64,000 nucleotides of DNA from NCBI GenBank assembly GCA_023231475.1, contig JALJEE010003038.1, positions 62,001-126,000 of the forward strand, read 5' to 3'. Below, piece after piece: positions 53,565-64,000 of the stretch. The stretch's first letter is position 1; every line of letters starts with the position of its first letter. The position numbers and the translations under genes are program-made. Source of the DNA: Seison nebaliae. Lineage: Eukaryota. The notes beneath the pieces were generated by a model. The model did not search any database and was not told where the DNA came from. It worked only from the letters and a program-made list of their open reading frames with translations.

Positions 53565-55468
53565 TTATCCCTTAGGAGATGAATGGTTGATATCTATCGA
53601 ACAATAATCTGTGTTCAGTCGGGAACTATTCAGAACACTACCGGCAAGACGGTCAACTGAATTATTAAAATTCCCCAACCCATTTGATTGTGTAGGAGAT
53701 AATAAAGCATAATGATTCTTCGTTTGGTTGTTCTCTAAAGAATAATTTTGAAAATCATTTGAATCATCTCTTTTCCTTTTAACAAAATTTACGTTACCCA
53801 ATTTGAATAAAAGGATGATTATTATGAGGATGGTAGTTGTCATGAGAAATACTGCACTAGAAATAAATGCATATTTCTTATTGGAAAATTGAAAAAAATC
53901 GGATAATGTCGAATCAGAAATGTCAATAAAGTTCTTTCGTTTTTCTGACAGTTTCGATTTAGCAGGAGGTCGTGAGTGGTTTTCCAAATCAGTATTGATC
54001 TGAGAAATATTCGAAGAGATAGTTCGTATCTTTATTGTTGCTGTTGTTGCTGATTTGCCTTTTCCCATTAATGGGTAATAAACGGAAAGAATTCCATTTG
54101 GTAAAGGATGTAGCAAATGATGGAAATATCTATTTGGGTGGAAGATAATATTTCTTTCGCCTTCAGCAAGATTAATGACCGCAAATTCTTGTTGTAGTAT
54201 TGCTATTTAATGTATATCACACATATTTCGATGTTAATATTAAAAAAAAACTTGGATTTTTCTTATTTTTCAAATTGGGAAGAAGAATTTGTAGAATAAT
54301 TAGAATGATTTTTTGATCGTTCTAAAAAAGATAAATTGTTTATATAATTTTGAGGAAGATGAATATTAACTCTATAATCGTATTCGTTGTGAATTGAATC
54401 GAAATTGATAAATTTGCTAAATTTGATATAAAATTTTGACGATCGTTTAAATTTTGTAAGACTTCCTTGATCTTTTCCATAAAGACATTGATCCATTTTA
54501 ATGGTCTGATGTCTGTTGCTTAATAGGAAATGGTGATTTGTAAAACAGATATTATATTGAAGATTATTTAAGATATTCTTTTCGTTCTGTGGAATTTTAG
54601 TATAGCTAGCAAGATAATTCTTATTCTGGTTGGAAATTACATTGAAATAAAAAGAGTGTAAAGAATTGAAGATGGCATTAATTTCTTGACATCGATTTCG
54701 TGGATGATACATTGTACTCATTAATTTTAAACAACAACTCTTCAATTGCACTAGTTGATTTTGCGTGAGATGATCTTCGTTGGATTGATAAGAATCTAAA
54801 AGACGTTGCACTTGCGACCAATTATAGGATAAGGATTTCCCAAATATTCTGTAAAAAGTTGAACGCCATTTTTCCGTTGAGGATGTGAATACGAAATGAC
54901 GTAATGTCTCACTATTAAGTATATGTTGACAATGACATGAAACTTCCACCAATTCGTTCTCTATATCAACAGTGACCTCATGGAGAGTATGAAGAGAAGG
55001 AATAACAGAGAATATTATATATGGAATCAATATCATTGCTCGTTCTCAGATCAATTTAATTCTGATCGTCAATTATTTAATGAAAATCGATGAGATATTT
55101 GATAATTATCACTTATTATTCGTTGAAATATGGTGATTAATCCAAATCTGAAATTTTTCAAAATTCCGTTCAAATGGAGAAAAGTTTTTGGAAGTGGAAT
55201 ATTCTTTCCACAATCTCCACAAACACTGCGAGTAGTTTGTGAATTGTTCAAATAGCCTATTCATTATCTCCACTTAAAAGGTGATGTGTCAAACGAGAAC
55301 GTTTGAGATTGTCTGGGAGTACGTGTTTATAGAGATTTGAGGGATTTTCGTTCACATTAACTCTATTTTCTCTCACAATAATTCAAAGGAATTCGAATAA
55401 TAATTTTTGACAATGTGTTCACCTATCGAAGTGTTTTCTTAACTCTCCCAGCCGTAATGGCATCGCAT
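53565..55468 (-). CDS. Single-pass membrane protein of unknown family, multi-exon (5' end uncertain)
   Basis: Collinear minus-strand ORFs 55069-55251, 54263-55036 and 53565-54116; Cys-containing N-terminal part, TM (AFISSAVFLMTTTILIIIILLF), cytoplasmic tail with Tyr motifs. Confidence 0.55.
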
Positions 55469-55625
55469 TTCTCGTCTTAGTGAATTGGAAAGAGAATTTT
55501 TTGTTTTGTAAGAAACTTTATTGAACAGACAAAAGAATGAAATAAAATAATTCCGAAAGAATTTTCATGCATCGACGAATATTTTAGGAAAACACTAGAT
55601 AATTAATTTTAGATTAATCACTTCT

Positions 55626-55913
55626 TCAACCTACAGCCATTGTATTTTTGTTTAATGTAGAATAGACTTCCTTCAACAAATGGTCATATTCGTCCACCAA
55701 TTTGGTAATTTCGAATAGTTCGGTTTGTACTTCTTTTGGCAATTCTTCAAACTTTTGTCGTGATTCATCCGCAAAAGCATCGATATGCATTGAAACTCTT
55801 TCACTGGATGGTTTTCCTTTCTGATAATAATTCGGAAACATCCATGGAGATAGATTGCAAAGCAATCCGTTCATCAAAATGCAGTATAAAATAAAATGAG
55901 TGAAATTAAACAT
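55626..55913 (-). CDS. Small secreted protein, candidate amidated peptide precursor
   Basis: Intronless 95 aa; signal peptide (FTHFILYCILMNGLLC), helical charged body, ends in Gly-stop. Confidence 0.6.
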   Translation of the reverse strand: MFNFTHFILYCILMNGLLCNLSPWMFPNYYQKGKPSSERVSMHIDAFADESRQKFEELPKEVQTELFEITKLVDEYDHLLKEVYSTLNKNTMAVG

Positions 55914-56007
55914 GGAAAATATTTTTATTTTTTTATTCTCTTCGCAAAATCTAATTACTTGACAAGTTTCTCTCCGTTTGTATTTCGAATGAATTTGAAT
56001 GTTGTCG

Positions 56008-56502
56008 TTAACCTTTATTTTTGTGGCGCAAAAAGTTGACCAGTTTAACTATATCCGCAACGATCGGTAAGCCAATAATTAAGCTGAGAGTTAGGAAAGC
56101 CACATAGCCCAAACCCTGAGAACTTTTGATGGATGCATCATATTTCGTCTCAGTTTCTGTCACTTCTTCGACCGCTGCAGTTTCAGCTGCTTCTTTCGCT
56201 ACTTCTTTCTCTTGATCCATTATCTCTGCTACTTCTTGCTCTTCATCAACAGTCACTTTATGTGAGAGATGATTATGAAATAATTATTAAACTTATTCAA
56301 ATAAATAACTGATAGGACAAATTTCAAAATGTATCGTTTCAGTTCTAGAAGTTGGACCAACACATTCGACACTCGGTTCATTATCCTTTACACATTCATA
56401 CACATTTAATCGATCTATATCACAACTCCATTGGTTAGATAATATTGGTTCATATAGTGCCATCAACATAACCAGGAAAAACATTACATAATTCCTCAAC
56501 AT
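56008..56502 (-). CDS. Small type I membrane protein, two exons
   Basis: Signal peptide, four-Cys segment, acidic stalk, C-terminal TM (LGYVAFLTLSLIIGLPIVA), short basic tail. Confidence 0.65.
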
Positions 56503-57150
56503 TCTTTCTTTCGTTAAAACTAACTTAGCTTTTTAGACAATGTATAATCGGTTCTAATAATACTTGCATAAGCAATTCATGTTACCATGGGTGATTTTGG
56601 ATCGATAAATTCATTGCTATGCAAATGACCAGTAATCTTATCGATTTTTTCATTGATTTTTTTATGGATTTTCTAAACAGTTATGTTTTTTACAGTTGCA
56701 TAACTGACGCATATAATTCATTATGGACAACTATTAATTTCCTAATTACATTAAATTATTATTATTTCATATTATTCTTATGATAACCGGCGTAAGTTCG
56801 TTTATAAACTAATAATAATAATAAACAATAAATTGAAGACATAAATATAATTTATATGTATTAATAAAAATGATTGTAGACTAAGAACGAAGTGGAATGA
56901 ATTAGGAACATGAATATATTCCGAACAGAAATTTTCTTAATAATTGAAAAAGTATATATTCGTATTCAAATTGTCTAACTTTCAGAAATGGAATGAACGT
57001 TAATAAATAACGTGAACGTAGAAATGAAGAAATAATTCTTGAAATAGAGAAGTAATAAAATGATTAAATATTGACACGAAGATTCCCTTCGTAGGTTACA
57101 AGATATGTTACTGTATGATATGGAGAATTTCTTCAATTATTATTTGTCGA

Positions 57151-58596
57151 ATGAGTGACTTTGATTCTATTACTCAATTAACCGACCATCGATGGCAATG
57201 TCGATGGAAGACGTTCTTCCGTACATTGTTCATTTCATTTATCGCCTTATCTGTGGCCGTTGGAGTTTATGTTTCATTATCATTTGCCATTCTCAATCAT
57301 ATGCAATTAACGGAAGTTTTAAATGAATTATCCAATATGGATATGGAACGATCACCAAATATGGAACATCATCAAATGAAACTTCCAAATGGAGGAAAAG
57401 TGATGAATTTTTCTTGCTTAAAAGAAACGCCGATCAATTTTGTAGTGGGAGGTGTCTCCGAACCATTTTTTATTCTGTTATTTTACATTTATTTGTTTCT
57501 TTTATAAATTAGTCGATTTCAGTGATAAAGCATCGGGTCATTTACAGGGTTTCTTCATAGATTTAGCTGAGTTAGTGTGTCGTGAAGCTAACGAAGAATT
57601 ACGGACAATTTCAAATGAAACGAATTATAAATGTAGTTTCACATTCTCCCAAGAAGAACAATTATGTTCAGAACTGAATGAACAGAAAAAGAATTATGGT
57701 TATTATATTATGTTATTATTTATTATTATACAACAACTATTTTTAACGATACGCAGATTATGACGGATGTCTCTTGTATTATCATTCGCATGTTAGATTC
57801 ATGAAGAATCATACAAGAAGATGTGCTACAATGAAACCTGTGGAATTGACACATCCGATTACAGCATCATTGTGGACAATGAGATCCATATTTAATGACA
57901 TGAGAAAAACATTAACTATCGGTTAGTATATTATTAGTCTTCAAATATTCTGATGGAAATGAAGGATTATTAAAGAGTCAAATGTGTAATGAATTTGAAT
58001 TGGTTGAGAAAATATTGAATAGTGGCACGAAGGGAGTTCAGATGACACAAACGAAATTTATCCAATTTGATAATTTTCACGACATAGTCGATGCTTTCTA
58101 TTCGGGAAATGTTTAATATTTTTCTACTTTCTATGAAAAACAATTTTCATAGTTAACTCATGTATGTTTATACAACACGTTAGATGATCGATTTAAATTG
58201 ATGAAAGATGAACGATTTCTTCTTATCGCTCAAACTATCAGTACACGATTAAGTTCAAACGATAAAATGTTCTCAAAAAACCGTCTGGGACTTCTTCTAT
58301 TCCATCGGAAAAGTATTTGTCGCAGTACTAAACATCTGAGAGATAAATTTATGTTACAATTCCATCTACTGCTCAAACGAACGATGAAAAACATCAACGT
58401 CGTCAGAAAATTATGTATTAGATATAGAAGTTCTATTTAAATATTTAATTCTCCAATTTTCTAAATTTTCTTTTTCTCATTCGCAGTTCCAGGAGAGATT
58501 TGTCCTGCTCAAAAGAAGAAAAGTCGACGACTAACCGGGCTCCAATCGACACTCTACACTCCTAATAAGCATCGAAATGATCTTTATAGAAACTAA
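57151..58596 (+). CDS. Type II membrane protein with a solute-binding-protein family 3 (PBP2)-like ectodomain, multi-exon
   Basis: N-terminal TM (TLFISFIALSVAVGVYVSLSFAIL); spliced EPFFIL-DKASGHLQGFFIDLAELVCREAN...KCSF; later DYDGCL...VELTHPI; stop TAA 58594-58596. Confidence 0.6.
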
Positions 58597-58746
58597 CGGA
58601 AGAAAATTATTTCATTTGTAATGAACATGTCTCAATCACAAACGAATTATCTTTTATTTAATTAATTTGGAATTTTAACTAATAAAAAATTATGATAAAA
58701 ATAAAGGAAATTTAAAATGGAATTGCCGAACTAAAGGTAAAGGTCT

Positions 58747-58929
58747 GGCAAAGGTGGTCAAATTTTTGGTTTAAATTTTTTGGTCGTATTTTCTTTTGAA
58801 ACTTATCTTACTAGACCAACTTTCAATTCTGAACATCGTCATGTGCTCAGAATTTTAAATTTCGGCCAATAAAAAAAGATATTGGACTTTGTTTATTAAA
58901 ATTTTGAGCTAACATTTTCAACCTTTGCC
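58747..58929. mobile_element. MITE-like element
   Basis: 183 bp bounded by 9-bp perfect inverted termini GGCAAAGGT / ACCTTTGCC, with internal imperfect palindromes and no coding capacity. No matching target-site duplication seen. Confidence 0.45.
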
Positions 58930-59481
58930 TAATCCATTATCATTAGAATTGAAGGATATGAATATCATACTCCATACTTTATTATTGATAATGTCAAAGT
59001 AATATCAGTCCAATTCGACTCTTGCCAATTCCAATTTTTGTTCAGTATAATAATAATATAATATTATATTGGGAGATCATGGTTGAAATTCCAAAAAAGT
59101 TTGCATCTTTCAATTTCTAAAGCAAACATTAAAATTACAGAATAGACCACTTGAATTATTACACGTCATAACCTGCTCCAGAATTTACACGTCAATATTT
59201 CTGTCTTTATCTTGATCGATTACAGGTGAAATCATACAAAATATAGACAACTGGAGATGAGATAAGAGATTAACAACATCACATTAGAAGGATGACGTTT
59301 TGATCAACAGATAAAATGTCTATAACAATTAGATAATAGATAAAATAGATGAAATTCATGTTTGAAATATAAGCTTAATATATTTAAGATGCTCACTCAA
59401 CATATTCGACGTCACATTCATCTATAAATTAAGTGGAATTTATAGATAATTTGTCATTTTCCAAAAGAAGAATAGTTCCAA

Positions 59482-62400
59482 ATGAGTTCCTTTTCTCGCG
59501 GTCTTCTGATCGTTTTTCTCCTTTTCATTCTTCATCGTCAATGCGAGGAGATTAATGGTCGAAAGAAAGTTTATTTTCCAACGTTGAAAAAAGATCGATC
59601 TAATCAAGAGAAGAAGGAATTGGAGATACAAAGCGATACAATTCGGGACAACGACTATCAGAATCATTTGGTGGAAGGGAAATCCATTTCCGCATTCCTG
59701 CAACTAACTGAAAGGAAATGGCCAACTTGTCGAACCATGGACATTGGTCTTCCAACTCATGGTTTTGGACAAGAGAGTGGAGTTACTGTCACGGTCGACT
59801 CATCGGTATCGAAAAAAGTCGAATTAGAAGACGCAGAAAATGGACAGTCGATTAATAATTTGGATATGGAGCAATTGCAGAAAGAAGGACTCAGTCTTAT
59901 GCAAATCGCCAAGTTGAAAATGGAAAAGACGAATAATCCGGAAAATGGACCAGCTGTTGAAGAATTGACAGTTCGGAAAGAGAGTGAAACTATTCCATCA
60001 ATTAGTGAGGAACTGGAAGAAGAAATTGAACGTGATGGAGTCGATATTGATGAAGAATTGGAGGAGAAAGAACAGAATGAAAAGAGATTAGAAAAACGAC
60101 TCAATTCGGAAACGGAAAAAGAAACCGAACATGGAGAAGAAGGATCTGGATATTTGGAAAGTAGGAGAGAAATAATATCCTTACTCAATGGTTCGTCGGA
60201 TGGTAAAGGAAATTTAGATGGTGAAATATCCGTTTCATCTCATCACTATTTCCAGGATGTGATGATTGAGCAAATTGGGGAGGAAGGACTTCCATCTATT
60301 CAGAAGAATATACCAATAGAGACTCCACATTTGGAGAATATCTTGAATAACGTAGAACCGAACGTATCGGTAGAAGACAATGCTCCGAAAGATATCGATC
60401 GAATAGATTTAGAGAAATCATTAGAAAATGGAAATCACTTCGATTCTGAAGGAAATCAGATGAAGGAAAATCATGTTGGATCTAACTTCCATAACAAGAA
60501 AGAACAAGAAAAAGAGATTGAGACGATGGAATCATCTGAACATCTTATTGAGGAAGGTCGAATTGTGGAGGGAAAAGAAAAAGAAGAAACTTTTGCAAAT
60601 GAAGAAATTCATGAGGAGAACTCGAATGTGGAAGATGTGCAAATTAAGGATGATGATGTTCGAATTGGAGCAGTTGAATCTGGAAAAGAGAATGTCGATG
60701 GTCTTATAGAAGAAGAACTTGACCATACTGATGAAGTAATGACGGAGAATAATGTAGAACCACAAGAGATCGAAAATGCTATTTACACTCCAGGAATTAA
60801 TAAGGAATATCCTTCGGTCGATAACAATCAAGAGGATTTTATTAAAGATGAAAATATTTCTATCAATAACTATCAAGAGGATTTTATTAAAGATGAAAAT
60901 ATTTCTATCAATAACAATCAAGAGGATTCGATTGATAAGGAAGAATCATCAAAAACAGAAGAACGATTTTCTAAAGAATTGATTGAAGATGATTCTTCGT
61001 CGAATCAGTTGACGAGAAAGAAGAATACGTTTGAAGAAAGTTTGAAGAATTCGTTTTTAATGAAAACTTCATCGAAGGAGATTGTAGAAAAGGTGATAAT
61101 TACAAATCTATCGGAAAATGATAGTGAAAAGAATAACGTAACAACTTCCGTTCCCCACGTCCACATTTCATTGAGGAGAAATGTCTCTGCTATCGAGCAA
61201 CAAATGGGCATATCGTTAGAGAGACCCAAAGAGAAGAAGAAGAGTCTTCTGAAATCGGACGAACAATCCGGATATCGTGAAAGTGTCACTAGAACATCTT
61301 GGATGATTGGTTTGATTCGATCATATTTCTCTTGTAAATGGTCTGAGAGTAGTACGAGTAATCTTGCTGTTACTTCTCAGAGGATAGAAGAAGATTTGGA
61401 AGAAACTCTCATTTCGATTTTGGAAGTGAAGAATTCTCAGAAATTTCTCAGTTTTTTTCTTAAGAACTCGAGAAAACACATTTCATTTCAAATGGCGCTC
61501 TATTTCCATCTGAATTGTAGATATGTTGATCGTTTCTTATTGATTAATTTCGTGGAATTGAAGAGACCTTTATCCAATTCGACATTGAAAGCCATTCTTC
61601 ATAATCGAGGAATTCCTAGTAAATTCGAGAAATTCTTTTGGTTACACTATCGAGATATGATCCAATCTGATCACTCTCGATATGAAGTGTACAACAATGG
61701 TAATTATCTTCCCATGTTTTTTATATTCATATCAAAATTGACGGAATTATTCCAATTGTTCAATTCATATGTTAGTCATTTATTCCGTTTCTTGTTTATA
61801 ATCTTTTTATAGAATTTAATTACAAGTCTCGTAACTTTCATAATCATTTTCTTCATGATGGAAATGCATTTATACCTCTCTTGTTTCTTGTGGAAATTTG
61901 GCAAGAAGAAATTATTGGATTGTAATCGAGGTCCACTAAATGTTAGAGATGAACCTCAAATATCTGGTTTTTTTTAATTTTTCATTTTTCATAAGGAAAC
62001 TGTAAATTTTTTAGAAAGAAGTGCAAAAAATATGCCGAAAGTGACTGCTGGTCCTTTAGCCATAAGATTTCGAGTAAATCGTCAGAGTGCTATGAAAAGA
62101 AAAGTTTCCTTATTTTTTTTCATTTTCATTAAAAACTTTTCTTAATTAGCGATTCCGATCATTGTGTCATGGGAAAACTCCTGAAGAATGTAGAACTAAC
62201 AAGAATGAACGTTGTCATTCACTAGTCCTTTCACATAGTGAGACATGTAATGTCCATCGGAAGGACTCTGTTTTTTTGCCGAAAACAAAAAAATTCAACA
62301 TTCCAACTCTTCATGAAGTGGAAGAGAATGATATTAATTTGGATGAAGAATATCGAGTGGACAATAGAAAGTTAACGGAGAAGAAAAGAGAGAAAAAGGA

Positions 62401-64000
62401 TGATATTGGATCTGATCGAAGTAGAAGAAGTCATCCATTAACGGCAATTGAAAAAGAAAACGTTCTTCCGACCAGTAAAAGAAATTTAAATATCCTGGAA
62501 ATGAAAAAAGACGATGGTATTGTACGTAAAGGTCGAAAGTCGAAATCGTCATCTGTCAGTATTGTACATGCGGCTGACAAGAAGAAACATCTTCCCAGTT
62601 ATAATCGATATAGTATTGTAACACATACGACACAGGAACAAGATGAAATATCATCAACTTGTTCGTCGTTTAGTGACGATTCTGATTCTTCCCAGAAAGA
62701 TTCTCATTCGGCACCAAAACCAAATTCGGTTAATTATTACAAGAAATACGATGTGATAAAAGTGAAATCGGACCATAATATATTCGTTAATTCAAAATTA
62801 CCGAATGTTGGTTGTATAAAATCTGATTTACATTTGTTCAGTCTCCCGAAGAACTGTCAACCGGATATGGTGGAACAGTCTCTGATGGATAATGCCGATT
62901 CCGATGGTATTACTAACGAGAATAATAAGATGAGGAAACATCTTCTCTCTCAACAATCGGATCATAAGAATGAACGGAAAATGTCGAAATTATTGTCTGA
63001 TGGTATTCAAGAAGAAGCGTCTAGATTATCGAGTGGTCGTTCATTGACGATGGAGAGTTCGGAATCGAGTGATTCTTTCATTCATGTCAAGAAGAAGATT
63101 GAAGACGTTGGTGTTCAATGTGATAGGAATTTATTCAATTTCTCTTCAAAAGAAAAATTATCTGCAGAAGATGCATTGAAAACGATTTATCGATATGCTA
63201 TGGAACATGATCAAGAACGATTCCAAGATATCGCTCATAAGGATGACATGTATGTGGCCTTATCAACAATTGATCATTATCTTTTCCTAGTGACAGGATT
63301 CGATGTTAGATTACTTCACAAATATTCGGTGATGTTAGAGAAAGATATTATCAAATTGAGAAATCAAAACGTTTCATTGAAATGTCAAGGAGAAATGCAA
63401 AATACGAAAATGGAGAAATTAACGAAATCGAACGAGGAGAAATCGAGAAGAATTATCGAATTAGAAAATCAATTTACTCTTCTGAACAAGAAGGAAACCA
63501 TCAATCAGATATTGGTCAACATCTCAGAGAAGATCGATAAACATTGTGGTGAATTAAGATTGGTGGATGCTCGTCGAATGCTCGATCAAACGATTAAGGA
63601 TGCATGTCATGAATTGGATTTGAAATATGATCCCGAATATCGAAAAACGAAAAGTCAATTAATTCGTTATAAATTATCCAATGAAGAATTAGAAGGTTAT
63701 TTATTATTTTTACATTTCTCATCAATTCTTTCATATTGTCAGATGATATAAATGTAAAAACGAAAATTTTGGATAGAGTTCAAAATCAGAAATTGCAATT
63801 CCAACGAACTTATCTGCATTTGTTAAAAGAATATACGAGAATGAAACGTCAGTTATTGGCCGCCCAACAATCAGCACTCAACTCTCAATATCGCGAACAT
63901 ATTATTGGTCAATTGTTGTTGCAAACGAATAATGTAGAAGAAGTAGATCATATAAGGAATCATTTGTTGAAGGATCAACGTCGTTGGTTACAGAAATGTG
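59482..64000 (+). CDS. Large protein: signal peptide, long acidic low-complexity region, hydrophobic segment(s), Ser-rich region, coiled coil; runs off the window
   Basis: 776-aa and 529-aa ORFs on the same strand with short intron-like gaps between them; heptad-rich sequence after about 63300. Whether this is one gene or two is not resolved. Confidence 0.65.
60821..60928 (+). repeat. 45-bp coding tandem repeat (about 2.4 copies; NNQEDFIKDENISIN)
   Basis: Units start at 60821, 60866 and 60911 and differ by one base. Confidence 0.95.

Noticed and set aside
1..64000. CRISPR arrays, operons, rRNA, tRNA, alternative genetic code
   Set aside because: No repeat-spacer arrays or structural RNA motifs were seen. 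Apparent in-frame stops resolve as short GT-AG introns under the standard code.

Overview
AT-rich eukaryotic (animal) genomic DNA with very short GT-AG introns (mostly about 40-65 nt). Donor sites are strongly skewed to GTT. The compact layout suggests an invertebrate, probably spiralian; the taxon cannot be proven from this window. The first 27 kb are gene-poor and neural. They hold a GPI-type Ly6/three-finger gene, about 14 kb without recognisable genes, a Shaker/Kv1 channel, and a three-exon NPY/NPF precursor (...RPRY-G-stop) that the ORF track misses. A 146-bp inverted copy of the Kv1 3' flank abuts a LINE remnant. The 28-64 kb part is gene-dense: MCT transporter, EF-hand PPP phosphatase, PX-SH3 (p47phox-like) protein, CK2-beta, ENO4, DUSP22/15-like phosphatase, front-end desaturase, CNOT3, orphan GPCR, PINX1 and a second LINE remnant. 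It also has several orphan secreted or membrane proteins, a membrane-anchored protein resembling bacterial amino-acid solute-binding proteins, a MITE-like element and a large acidic/coiled-coil protein running off the end. All exon structures were traced by eye and all family assignments come from motif recognition, not database searches.
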